64,000 nt of DNA, taken from contig CALIXX010000002.1 in NCBI GenBank assembly GCA_938046115.1, positions 4,029 through 68,028 on the forward strand. Direction: 5' to 3'. The translations under genes and the position numbers were made by a program. Below, in pieces: positions 55,212 to 64,000 of this stretch. The first letter of the stretch is position 1; each line of letters opens with the position of its first letter. The notes beneath the pieces are model-generated. The model made no database searches. It was not told the origin of the DNA and saw only the letters and a list, made by a program, of their open reading frames with translations. Source of the DNA: an uncultured Candidatus Saccharibacteria bacterium (GTDB taxonomy: Bacteria; Patescibacteriota; Saccharimonadia; Saccharimonadales; Saccharimonadaceae).

Positions 55212-57521
55212 ATGATGGCTCAATCATACTCCACCGCTCGTCTCTTCTCGACATATTGGCGATATATCCTTGCTGGTGTTTTATGTGTGAGTTTATTTGC
55301 TGCGACTATCCTCTCCCGCCCAGCCCAGGCAGTGACGGCGGCTGATTGGCGGGCGGGCAATATCGTTGATGACTTACTCTTTACTAATAGCGACGATATG
55401 TCAGTGGCAGATATTCAGGCGTTTCTCAATAGCCTCAACCCACAATGCGACACCTATGGCCGGCAGCCTGCTGCCGAACACGGCCGGCGCGATATCAGCC
55501 GAGCACAGTATGCCGCCGCTCGAGGTTGGCACGGGCCACCATATGTCTGCCTCAAGGACTATTATGAAGTGCCTAAATACACACCGGGCAATTACATCCC
55601 CGCCAATAACTTCGGTGGAACGATCCCCGCTGGGGCGGTTAGTGCCGCGCAGATTATCTATGATGCTGCCAAGCAGAATAATCTCAATCCCAAAGTCCTG
55701 CTAGTAAAGATCGCCACCGAGTCGGCTGGCCCGCTCACCTCCGACACTTGGCCACTCCAAAACCAATACACCTATGCCATGGGTTCACACTGCCCCGATA
55801 GTGGCCCGGGTGGCAGTGCCAATTGCGATCGCAACTATGCTGGCTTCTCGATGCAAGTTGCCTCAGGAGCGCAGCTCATCCGCTGGTATCTGGATAGTAT
55901 GCAGCAGCCTTGGTGGTCGTACAAAAAGCCGTTTGCGACCAATCGTATCCTATGGAATGTGGTGCAGCGAGGCTGCGGCGCTGGCGATGTGTATATCGAG
56001 AGCAAGGCCACAGCGGCACTCTACACCTACACACCCTACCAGCCTAATCAAGCAGCCCTGGCCAATATGTATGGCTTAGGCGATCATTGCAGCGCCTATG
56101 GCAACCGCAACTTTTGGCGCGTGTGGAATGACTGGTTTGGCTCGACCCAGCATAGCCGGCCACTCATCAGTTTCCGATCGCATAGCAGCTACATCGGCTG
56201 GACAGGGGTCATTCATAACCGTGGCATTACAGGCGTCACTGGCCAAAGCAAGGCAATGCAAGCTCTCACGATCGATGGTGAGGTAAGTTATACCTCATAC
56301 AGCAACGAGCGCGGTTGGCAGCCCACTGTGCAGGGCAGTATGCAATCGGGCACAACGGGGCTTGACCGGCCAATCACCGCCGTTAAGATCCAGCCAACTG
56401 GTACTCTCGCCCAGGCGTACGACATATACTATCGCGCCCACGTGAGCTACATTGGCTGGATGGGTTGGGCTAAGAATGGTGAAGTGGCTGGTGCAACTGG
56501 CGGAGCTAACAATGCTATCGAAGCGATCGAAATAAAGCTTGTACGCAAAGGAACGCCTGCGCCTGAGTCATCTGGAGTAGCATATAAAAATATTGCGGCG
56601 CATGGCGACCCATCACCCCTCAAGCTCTCACTCAGCTCACATGTCGGTATGGTTGGCTGGCAGCCAGAAGTACGCGATGAGATGATGAGCGGTACCACTG
56701 GCCAAAGCCGCCGCATCGAAGCCATCAAAGCATCGCTCCACAATACAACAGGCCTGCCAGGCAGCATCCAATATTCATCACATATCAGCTACGTCGGCTG
56801 GCAAGATTGGAAGCAAGCGGGCGACGTATCCGGCACCACAGGGCAGTTCCGCTCCATCGAGGCAGTCCGCTTCTTGCTCACTGGCAAACTTGCCACTAGA
56901 TACGACATCTGGTACCGAGGTTACTCGCAATACGTCGGCTGGATGGGCTGGGCCAAGAATGGTCAACCAGCTGGTTCGACCGGTGCCTACAGACAGCTCG
57001 AAGCACTAGAGGTGCGCCTTGTGCCAAAGCATACACTCAGCTTGCCCGGTGGTGCCTTTTATAACCCAACCAATACTGCTGTGCCCGATCTCTACCAACT
57101 GAGCTACGCTGCCCACGTAGGTTACATCGGCTGGATGCCCGATGTGTCACACCCCATTATGGCTGGCACCACTGGCAAATCACGCTACCTCGAGGCAATC
57201 CGCCTTGGCAAAGCCGTATCGCTGCGCGATGGTTCGCCCATTACCATCCAGTGCGACGCAAAAGCGGCTGGTCAGTGGCTTCCATCGGCCACCCTCTCGT
57301 CGTCGTCGCAGTCTTGTGGCACGACTGGCCAGCGCAAAGCGCTCGAAGCCCTCAAGCTTAACCTCAGTCCCGCCGACGCCACTCGCTACGATATTTATTA
57401 CAACACTCACCTCTCCTGGGTAGGCTGGCAGGGCTGGAAAAAGAATGGCGAAGTAGCTGGCGACCGGCACAGCTCACATGTCGAAGCAGTGATGATTAAG
57501 CTCGTCGAGAAGAGTGAGTGA
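55212..57521 (+). CDS. Secreted cell-wall protein: N-terminal putative wall-hydrolase-like domain plus nine ChW repeats
   Basis: Signal peptide ending RPAQA|VT. The N-domain contains AAQIIYDAAKQNNLNPKVLLVKIATESAG. The repeats follow Y..HV..(I/V)GW....NG..AG(T/A)TG....(I/L)EA(I/L), which matches the clostridial hydrophobic W (ChW) pattern. Confidence 0.75.
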   Translation: MMAQSYSTARLFSTYWRYILAGVLCVSLFAATILSRPAQAVTAADWRAGNIVDDLLFTNSDDMSVADIQAFLNSLNPQCDTYGRQPAAEHGRRDISRAQYAAARGWHGPPYVCLKDYYEVPKYTPGNYIPANNFGGTIPAGAVSAAQIIYDAAKQNNLNPKVLLVKIATESAGPLTSDTWPLQNQYTYAMGSHCPDSGPGGSANCDRNYAGFSMQVASGAQLIRWYLDSMQQPWWSYKKPFATNRILWNVVQRGCGAGDVYIESKATAALYTYTPYQPNQAALANMYGLGDHCSAYGNRNFWRVWNDWFGSTQHSRPLISFRSHSSYIGWTGVIHNRGITGVTGQSKAMQALTIDGEVSYTSYSNERGWQPTVQGSMQSGTTGLDRPITAVKIQPTGTLAQAYDIYYRAHVSYIGWMGWAKNGEVAGATGGANNAIEAIEIKLVRKGTPAPESSGVAYKNIAAHGDPSPLKLSLSSHVGMVGWQPEVRDEMMSGTTGQSRRIEAIKASLHNTTGLPGSIQYSSHISYVGWQDWKQAGDVSGTTGQFRSIEAVRFLLTGKLATRYDIWYRGYSQYVGWMGWAKNGQPAGSTGAYRQLEALEVRLVPKHTLSLPGGAFYNPTNTAVPDLYQLSYAAHVGYIGWMPDVSHPIMAGTTGKSRYLEAIRLGKAVSLRDGSPITIQCDAKAAGQWLPSATLSSSSQSCGTTGQRKALEALKLNLSPADATRYDIYYNTHLSWVGWQGWKKNGEVAGDRHSSHVEAVMIKLVEKSE
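56166..57518 (+). repeat. Nine tandem ChW-type coding repeats (about 45-50 aa each)
   Basis: Examples: YRAHVSYIGWMGWAKNGEVAGATGGANNAIEAIEIKLV, YRGYSQYVGWMGWAKNGQPAGSTGAYRQLEALEVRLV, YNTHLSWVGWQGWKKNGEVAGDRHSSHVEAVMIKLV. Confidence 0.8.
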
Positions 57522-57539
57522 TTATAAGACCCACTCTAG

Positions 57540-57773
57540 CTAGCTCGTCGTAATGTCATACTCTTTACACGTCATTTCGTACCGCCGCAAAAATTTTCTT
57601 GCAGACTCTGGATACACATTTGCCACAGGATCGCCCGGATCAATTGGCCCTACTGTATAAAAGGGGTCGCCTGATTTCCAATGCCGTTCTTTCCACCAGG
57701 ATTTTATTGCTTTGCCTAGTGCTCTGCAAGAAAATTTTTGGGGTGAAACTGTTGTTGGAGTCTCTTCTATCAT
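57540..57773 (-). CDS. Hypothetical 77-aa protein (doubtful)
   Basis: An ORF only, with no recognisable motif and a poor SD spacing (GGTGAG directly abutting the ATG). Confidence 0.2.
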   Translation of the reverse strand: MIEETPTTVSPQKFSCRALGKAIKSWWKERHWKSGDPFYTVGPIDPGDPVANVYPESARKFLRRYEMTCKEYDITTS

Positions 57774-57835
57774 CTCACCATTTGCTGGTAGGGTATGCTC
57801 CGCTTGGCTCTAGCCCTCTTGATAGGGTTCATATG

Positions 57836-57862
57836 TTTGGTTTGGTTTGGTTTGGTTTGGTT
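57836..57862. repeat. Pentanucleotide microsatellite (TTTGG)5 plus TT
   Basis: Direct reading: TTTGG TTTGG TTTGG TTTGG TTTGG TT. Confidence 0.95.
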
Positions 57863-57926
57863 AGCTTCTCTCTCATAGTACCTCCTATTTTATACCACAA
57901 TATCACTATAATAAAATAATGCTGGG

Positions 57927-60143
57927 CTATTCGTAAATCGCTGCCACTTTCTCCTCAATATTCTTCCACTGGTAGTCGTTGGCTGTTTGGCGGCCACCAG
58001 CGATGAGTTTGTCACGCAGTGCTTTGTCTGCCACCAGGCGCTCCACCGCCGCGACACCAGCCGCGATATCACCCTGTTGGTAGAGGAGGCAGTTCTCGCC
58101 ATCCTTGAGGTATTCGACATTGCCGCCATTGGGCACCACTACTGCAAGGCCACCGGTTGCCATCATCTCAAGTGGTGGGTAGGAGAAGCTCTCAAGGATG
58201 CTTGTTTTGATGAGAATGTCACAGCTGGCGTATACTTCGCCGACCTTCTCAGGTGCAATGCGATTGTAGAATGTATCGACGCGGTACCAGTCCTTAGGCT
58301 CTTTGCGGTACGATAGGTATGAAACCTCATACTTCGCAGGGTCGAGCTGGTTGATGATGCGGAAGGCTTCGTCGGTGTTTTTATACTCGCTCTTACTATC
58401 GCCCTCGACGAGGATTTTTATCTTGCGACCACTGTCAAAATCGCGCTCGCGGTATGGATAATACTCGATATCGATGCCGTTCGAGACATACTTCGCATCC
58501 TTACCAAACATATCTTTGAGCCACTTCTGGCACCAGAGCGACATTGTTACATAGCGCACGCCCGACTGGTCGCAGTACGATGCGTTCGCCGCGAAGCGTG
58601 GCCCACCCGTGCCGGGAATATAAAAATCAGTCTCGAAGTTTTGGACGAAGTAGAGCCGGTTGCGTACATTGGGGTGCTTTTTGATAATCTCCACCGTTGA
58701 CCACAGCGTCGCCACTTGCGTATCGAAGAAGGCCTCTATCTTCGTCTTGTGTGCTGTAATAACATTGAAGCCTGGCAATTCAGAGCGGTATTGGTAGGTC
58801 TTTTTGGCTTGCTTAAGGGCATGCTTACTTACTGAATCGATCAGCGTTACATCCCAGCCCGCCTTGCGGAGAATGTCAGCGTGTTTGACGGCAACGATCA
58901 CTCCACCCGAGATATCTGTCGAAGGCAAAACAAAGCCAATATTGCGCGCCAAGCGCTTCCGTATAAACGATGCAAGCGTGTAGCCAGTGTAGACTGTCGA
59001 ATAATCATTGGTGGCAATCTTGTGTGCATTCTCGCCCAGCTGAGTGCGCAGTGCTTTGTCGGTAATGAGGCGATCGAGTGCTGCGTACCAATCGTTATCT
59101 GCACCAACCAAGAGGCCTGTCTCACCATCCTTGACCTGTTCGGCAAAGGCCCCCACCTGGCTCGCCACCGTTGGCACCTTGACGAGGCCAGCCTCAAGCC
59201 ATTTATTCTCAGACTTCGCACGGTTAAAGATCGTATCGACTAGTGGTGCAAGGATGATATCGCAATCCACCATCACTGCGGGCAGCTCCCGCCAATCAAC
59301 AAAGCCCGACGTCATCACCCGCTCCTTATACGGCTCAAGTGCAGCCGGCACATCGAGAATACCAGCAATCTTGAGGTGGAGCTGTGGATATGCATCGAAC
59401 AGCCGAATCAAATCTGGGATGACTAGCTCAAAGTCCTCATTGTGCGTAATACTCCCACTAAAGTACCCAATGATGATTTTGTCTGCATCTTTGGCGATCT
59501 TCCCCTCAGCCAGGTCTTCAAGTGCCATGTTAGACGTCTTGATCATCTCATCAGAGGCGGCATTACGGTTGATGAGTACATCGCCAGTGGTGTATTTTTG
59601 CAGCTCATCGCGCAGTTGCGTTGTAGTTGTCACAACGTGATCACAAAGCTTAAGTGTCTCACGCATACGGTTCACTCCATCGTCATAGAGCTGCTTATCG
59701 GCTTGGTTCATCTGCTGGACGTACTTAATGCCGTCGGTATACGTTTGATCGATAACAAGATCGTCAATATCAAAAAAGCAGGTCTTGTTGAAGAACTTTG
59801 CTTGCTTAATAAATTCCCGCACCGTCTCTGTCACTGGGCAACGAAAGAATACGAAGCCACGATAATATTTGAGGTCATCCAGCGAGAGTCGATCATAAAA
59901 CACACTCTCCACCGTTAGCCCCTGCGACATCAACTGCTCCATTTGGTGTGCCACGCGGTAGCGCTCGGGGTGCGGCAGGGTGCAACCATTGATAAAGAGG
60001 ATGTCTTTGTAATACTTCTGCTTGCGCTCGGGGAATTTACGATAATAGGCATACTTCGTGGCGCGCTTGCCAAAGCCGATCATTCCATCGTCTTTGATAA
60101 TCTTCATGCTTTTCTTGGCGGCTTTGTGTACTTTACCGATCAT
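57927..60143 (-). CDS. Two-module GT-B glycosyltransferase (tandem GT1/GT4-like domains; candidate glycan polymerase)
   Basis: Two EX7E-type regions: SENKWLEAGLVKVPTVAS...DGETGLL and ESFSYPPLEMMATGGLAVVVP...DGENCLL. The start overlaps the upstream stop (ATGA). Confidence 0.8.
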   Translation of the reverse strand: MIGKVHKAAKKSMKIIKDDGMIGFGKRATKYAYYRKFPERKQKYYKDILFINGCTLPHPERYRVAHQMEQLMSQGLTVESVFYDRLSLDDLKYYRGFVFFRCPVTETVREFIKQAKFFNKTCFFDIDDLVIDQTYTDGIKYVQQMNQADKQLYDDGVNRMRETLKLCDHVVTTTTQLRDELQKYTTGDVLINRNAASDEMIKTSNMALEDLAEGKIAKDADKIIIGYFSGSITHNEDFELVIPDLIRLFDAYPQLHLKIAGILDVPAALEPYKERVMTSGFVDWRELPAVMVDCDIILAPLVDTIFNRAKSENKWLEAGLVKVPTVASQVGAFAEQVKDGETGLLVGADNDWYAALDRLITDKALRTQLGENAHKIATNDYSTVYTGYTLASFIRKRLARNIGFVLPSTDISGGVIVAVKHADILRKAGWDVTLIDSVSKHALKQAKKTYQYRSELPGFNVITAHKTKIEAFFDTQVATLWSTVEIIKKHPNVRNRLYFVQNFETDFYIPGTGGPRFAANASYCDQSGVRYVTMSLWCQKWLKDMFGKDAKYVSNGIDIEYYPYRERDFDSGRKIKILVEGDSKSEYKNTDEAFRIINQLDPAKYEVSYLSYRKEPKDWYRVDTFYNRIAPEKVGEVYASCDILIKTSILESFSYPPLEMMATGGLAVVVPNGGNVEYLKDGENCLLYQQGDIAAGVAAVERLVADKALRDKLIAGGRQTANDYQWKNIEEKVAAIYE

Positions 60144-61555
60144 ACGTCCTCCTCTGGCGTTACGTGCGGGTTATATAGTGTGTTGTATCCTTTACCACAG
60201 AGTGCAGCAGTTATCTGAGCACTGGTGAGCGGTGTATCTGGCGCAAGAGCAGCAAGTTTGGTACGCGCCACCACCACTGTTGGTGCGTCGATAGTACCAA
60301 TATTATAGCGGGCTGTCAAGTAGATATGTTTGGTAAATGAGCGCCGACTGAGCTGCTGGAGCAGACCTACCACCGATGGTTGTAAAATCGACGACAAATT
60401 TGCAATCACCTGCTGCTCATCGGCAATCCGTGGCGTCACCGCACCGATCATTGGGCGAGCGGCATCGGCAGCGAGGTGCTGCAGCGTGGCAGTGGGCAGT
60501 GCATTATGCTGCGTCAGGCATATCATCTCAGCAGTGGTTGCCTCAAGCAGCTGACCAACAGTGGTCGACTCATTGAACGGCGCGGTGTGAATGCTGTATG
60601 ATTGACCCAAGACATAGCTCATCTGCCACTGAGCGCCATACTGCGGGTCACGCTCCACCTGGGTCTGCACCCGGCGAGCAGCGCTGTCTGCCTCGAGGGC
60701 GCGGCGCTGCGCATCGATAACGTAAGGTTTGGCATCAAGGTCTTTCGCTGTAGAGGCTTGGTGAACACGCCAATAGTAGAGGATCTGCGGCACATGAGCA
60801 ATCTGCTCGGGCTGCAAAGCCCGCGTCAGGCGCAAGAACAGCTCCCAATCCTGCGTGCCATTATACGACCCATCTTCACCGCCGACCTCTGTGAGTAACT
60901 GACGTGACATGACGGCAAAGTGCGTAATGTAATTCACCGCGCGCAAAAAATCTTCGTTCCAGTCGGGCTTGAAAAACGGCTGATAGGGCCGGCCGTGCTC
61001 GTCCATCTTCGTCTCATCGGTGTAGACGAACTGCGCGCCAGTACGGTCGATTGCGGCCGCAACCCACAGAAGTGCATCAGGGTGGAGAGTGTCATCATGA
61101 TCAAGCAGCGCAATGTACTCGCCCGTAGCCTGTGCGATACCATAGTTGGTTGCACCGGCAATGTGGCGGTTTTTGTCCAAAAAGAATGGCTTGAGCTGCG
61201 GTGTGTCCTCGGCTAGGTCACGAATCGCCTGACGGGTAGTCTCGTTGGTCGAGGCATCGTCAACGATGATAAGCTCCCAGTGCGGGTACGACTGCTCCGC
61301 CACCGACTGCACCATCTCTCGCAGGAACGGAATTGGCGTATTATACGTTGGTACGATGATGGAGATACGCGGCTGCTCAGTAAGCGAGGCAAGCGTTGGT
61401 GGCTGCTCGGTGTGCTGACGCTGCCATACATCGTAGATGCGGCGCTGGCGATTATCGAGATGGGCTCGATACGGCGCCAAGAGACAACGTACCGCGCGGT
61501 GGAGATGGCGATTGGCTTTGATAAGGTGCGTCAAACGATGTAATATATACGACAT
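60140..61555 (-). CDS. GT2 glycosyltransferase
   Basis: ISIIVPTYNTP...ELIIVDDAS...ALLDHDD. Confidence 0.85.
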   Translation of the reverse strand: MSYILHRLTHLIKANRHLHRAVRCLLAPYRAHLDNRQRRIYDVWQRQHTEQPPTLASLTEQPRISIIVPTYNTPIPFLREMVQSVAEQSYPHWELIIVDDASTNETTRQAIRDLAEDTPQLKPFFLDKNRHIAGATNYGIAQATGEYIALLDHDDTLHPDALLWVAAAIDRTGAQFVYTDETKMDEHGRPYQPFFKPDWNEDFLRAVNYITHFAVMSRQLLTEVGGEDGSYNGTQDWELFLRLTRALQPEQIAHVPQILYYWRVHQASTAKDLDAKPYVIDAQRRALEADSAARRVQTQVERDPQYGAQWQMSYVLGQSYSIHTAPFNESTTVGQLLEATTAEMICLTQHNALPTATLQHLAADAARPMIGAVTPRIADEQQVIANLSSILQPSVVGLLQQLSRRSFTKHIYLTARYNIGTIDAPTVVVARTKLAALAPDTPLTSAQITAALCGKGYNTLYNPHVTPEEDV

Positions 61556-61561
61556 TTCTCC

Positions 61562-62722
61562 CTATTTCCAGGTATGCTTGAGCTTGGTAACACCACCCCA
61601 CCGGCCATGATCATAATCACGTTGCACCGAGAAGTGCGGCCCCTCCTCAGTAAAGGCAATCGTCTTCGTGTCGTCCGCCCCCATCAAGCCAGCCTTGATG
61701 AAGTAACTCCCCTCGTTGAGGTTGAGCTGCACCGTGTAGACCGCGCGATTCTTGCCAGCAATCTTCACTTTTTCTTGATAGGTGTTCGGGCCATAGACAT
61801 ACTCACCATTCTCGCGGAAGATTGCGACACCAACGTGCTTGACCCCTGTTTGCTGCCACTCTAACTCCACCGTCATAGTTTCGTTATACTCATACACCGT
61901 CTGTTCGTTACCATCACTGCCGCGCAGTGTAATATCAAAGTCATCTGATATTTGCTCGTCTAGCCCTTCCGACTCGTTGTAACTCTTGATGTTGCTCCGG
62001 CTATAGGCGGCGGCAATGCGGTATGGCTTGCCGATCATCTTCACCTTCCCATCCTCGATAAACACTGCCTTGTTGCAAAAGCGCTCTACCGCCGACATAT
62101 CGTGCGTGACGAGGATAACAGTGCGCTTTTCGCGCTTAAGCTTATCGAAATAAGCGTAGCATTTCTTTTGGAAGGCTTCATCTCCTACCGCCAAGACTTC
62201 GTCTAGCAGCAAGATATCGGCATGGGCACGGATGGCAATGGAGAAAGCCAGGCGCACCTGCATCCCACTAGAATAATTCTTGAGCCGCTCCTCCATAAAG
62301 TCGCCCAACTCGGCAAAGTCGACAATTTTATCATACATTGCCTCCATCTCGTCGTGGCTAAAGCCGAGCAATGCACCGTTGAGAAAGACATTTTCGCGGC
62401 CAGTGAGCTCTGGGTTAAAGCCAACGCCCAGCTCAATAAACGGCACCAGCGAGCCACCCACCTCGACACTTCCGCTATTGGGGGTGTAGATACCAGCGAT
62501 TGTCTTGAGTAGCGTACTCTTACCTGAGCCATTGCGCCCAACAATACCAAAGAAGTCTCCCTCGTTAATGGTAAAATCGATATCTTTAAGCGGAGTAAAG
62601 ACCCGATACCCTTTGCGCCCCTTGAGGAGGTTAATGAGCTTTTGCTTGATGCCCGAACTTGCCTCCAGCGGGATCTTGAAGGACTTCGTGAGGTTATTGA
62701 TAACAACGATTGGTTGCGCCAT
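61562..62722 (-). CDS. Polysaccharide/teichoic-acid export ABC transporter ATP-binding protein (Wzt/TagH-type) with a C-terminal carbohydrate-binding-like domain
   Basis: Walker A GRNGSGKST, signature YSSGMQVRL, Walker B ILLLDEVLAVGD. An extra beta-rich C-terminal extension of about 140 aa resembles Wzt_C. Confidence 0.92.
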   Translation of the reverse strand: MAQPIVVINNLTKSFKIPLEASSGIKQKLINLLKGRKGYRVFTPLKDIDFTINEGDFFGIVGRNGSGKSTLLKTIAGIYTPNSGSVEVGGSLVPFIELGVGFNPELTGRENVFLNGALLGFSHDEMEAMYDKIVDFAELGDFMEERLKNYSSGMQVRLAFSIAIRAHADILLLDEVLAVGDEAFQKKCYAYFDKLKREKRTVILVTHDMSAVERFCNKAVFIEDGKVKMIGKPYRIAAAYSRSNIKSYNESEGLDEQISDDFDITLRGSDGNEQTVYEYNETMTVELEWQQTGVKHVGVAIFRENGEYVYGPNTYQEKVKIAGKNRAVYTVQLNLNEGSYFIKAGLMGADDTKTIAFTEEGPHFSVQRDYDHGRWGGVTKLKHTWK

Positions 62723-63547
62723 CTAGATACTCTCCGCAAAATACTGTTGGTTGCGCCGGAAATAAAACACCGCCAACAGAATGATAATGATAATCGAAAT
62801 AAATGGAGTGAGCACCCACGGGAAAGAAACAAGATCGTAGAGCTGGATAGTCTGGGGTGTTACGAGCACTTGGCGGACGTCTTGGATAATCTGGGCTGCT
62901 GGGTTGAGCATGAGATATGGCGCAGCAGCTGGCATGCGCTCCACTACCATCTGCAGAGGATAAATAACCGGTGTAGCATAGAAGGCAGCCTGCATAAAGA
63001 TCTCCCATAGGTAGCCAATATCGCGGTATTTCACATTGATCGTCGCAAGGAAAAACGCCACCGCTAGGGAGAGTACATAGAGTTCGAGGATGAGTGGAAT
63101 AACCAACAATCCCTCAAGCGACCACTGTACGCCATTAACCAAACAAAAACCAAGAATCACCACCATATTGATAGCGAGGTTAATAAAGGCCGAGATCGTA
63201 CCTGAGATAACGATAATGTACTTGGGAAAGTTGATCTTGCGGATCAGGTCGCCGCGCGAGACGATCGACTGCAGTCCCTGCACCGTCGCCTCACTAAAAA
63301 AGTTCCACAGCACGATCCCTACTAACAGATAGACAGGATAGTGCTCGACTTGCTTACCAAGGCCGAGGAATTTATCAAACACAATATACAAAATAATAAA
63401 CAAAAATATCGGTTTGAGGATTGACCACAAATACCCCAGCACCGAGCCCTGGTAGCGTAGCTTGAAGTCCGTTACGACCAACTCGCGCAGCAAGATGCGG
63501 TTTTTTCGTTGCAAAAGATTTGTTACTTTCATAGTTTCTCTGGCCAT
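62723..63547 (-). CDS. ABC-2 type polysaccharide export permease (Wzm/TagG-type)
   Basis: Six TM helices and the N-terminal DFKLRYQGSVLGYLWSILKP motif. An alternative start is at 63532 (MKVTNLL). Confidence 0.88.
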   Translation of the reverse strand: MARETMKVTNLLQRKNRILLRELVVTDFKLRYQGSVLGYLWSILKPIFLFIILYIVFDKFLGLGKQVEHYPVYLLVGIVLWNFFSEATVQGLQSIVSRGDLIRKINFPKYIIVISGTISAFINLAINMVVILGFCLVNGVQWSLEGLLVIPLILELYVLSLAVAFFLATINVKYRDIGYLWEIFMQAAFYATPVIYPLQMVVERMPAAAPYLMLNPAAQIIQDVRQVLVTPQTIQLYDLVSFPWVLTPFISIIIIILLAVFYFRRNQQYFAESI

Positions 63548-63555
63548 TATATAAT

Positions 63556-64000
63556 ATGACCGTGGTAAAAAACAATCTTGCAATCATAGTTCTTAACTGG
63601 AACGGCGCCGATGATGCCCTAGAATGCATCGATTCGTTGGCGCAGCAGACGCTAGTGCCGACCATTATCGTGGTCGATAACGACTCACACGATGACTCGG
63701 TGACACGCTTCCGCTCATATCAAGCTAAGCACCCTGCGCTTAGTCTCGTCATCATTGAGAATCAGCGCAACCTCGGCTTCGCCGGTGGTATTAACACAGG
63801 CCTGCGCTACGCACAGAAACAGCAATTTCGCTTTGTTGGCGTGCTTAACCCCGACGCAGTTGCTAACACACACTGGTGCCAAGCCTTGGTGGACGAGCTA
63901 CGAGCCCATCCGCATTGTGGTATTGCCACTGGGCTACTCGCTCGTCGCGATGGAACGACCATCGATAGCTCGGGCGACTTCTACACCACCTGGGGTTTGC
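63556..64000 (+). CDS. GT2 glycosyltransferase (rhamnosyltransferase-like), 3' end outside window
   Basis: Not in the ORF track because there is no stop in the window. It translates as MTVVKNNLAIIVLNWNGADDALECIDSLAQQT...VVDNDSHDDS...NLGFAGGIN, a GT2 signature. Confidence 0.8.
   Translation, partial: MTVVKNNLAIIVLNWNGADDALECIDSLAQQTLVPTIIVVDNDSHDDSVTRFRSYQAKHPALSLVIIENQRNLGFAGGINTGLRYAQKQQFRFVGVLNPDAVANTHWCQALVDELRAHPHCGIATGLLARRDGTTIDSSGDFYTTWGL

Noticed and set aside
57540-57876. The idea that slippage of the (CCAAA)n repeat fuses the mini-ORF in frame to the 77-aa ORF at 57773.
   Set aside because: Hand translation shows stops in both alternative frames before any fusion: TAG in GGGCTAGAG for +1 unit, and a TGA overlapping the ATG for -1 unit. 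Only coupling, not fusion, remains possible.

Overview
Bacterial chromosomal window using the standard genetic code. It is densely coding: about 59 protein genes and 2 tRNAs. I saw no rRNA, CRISPR array, transposase or integrase.

The left part (1-25 kb) is a recombination/repair and housekeeping neighbourhood. It contains murC (5' end cut by the window), recA / 2H-phosphoesterase / recX, a type IV pilin and ruvB. A four-gene HD/HD/HIT insert separates ruvB from ruvA. It continues with PBP1A, ruvC, a lamin-tail-domain surface protein, tRNA-Lys, a short comEC, yebC, a rimK / retropepsin-like / ATP-grasp triad, a CIRCE-controlled dnaJ, radC and a permease pair.

The middle (25-34.9 kb) looks accessory:
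- an orphan three-domain Pnkp-type RNA repair enzyme
- a NodB deacetylase
- an uncharacterised HD-like + DUF1152-like fusion protein followed by an EEP phosphodiesterase
- tRNA-Asn
- a beta-lactamase-fold serine hydrolase
- a protease-less LexA-like wHTH protein

The right half (34.9-64 kb) is a roughly 29 kb cell-surface glycan locus. It holds an O-antigen-ligase/polymerase-like protein, a WbaP-like initiating transferase, glmS, galE and rfbBCDA with an embedded NUDIX gene. It also holds a second rfbD paralog, several GT2/GT4/GT8 transferases, a Wzx-type flippase, DUF2142/DUF2304 membrane proteins, a nine-repeat ChW wall protein and a Wzm/Wzt ABC exporter.

The most general signal read directly from the DNA is that many genes have a TATAAT-like -10 box only 6-10 nt upstream of the ATG and no Shine-Dalgarno. 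This suggests leaderless mRNAs and corrects many ORF-track start codons.

Gene content fits a small-genome monoderm bacterium, possibly Saccharibacteria/Patescibacteria-like or actinobacterium-like. That placement is inference only. All family assignments come from motif recognition by eye; no database search was possible.
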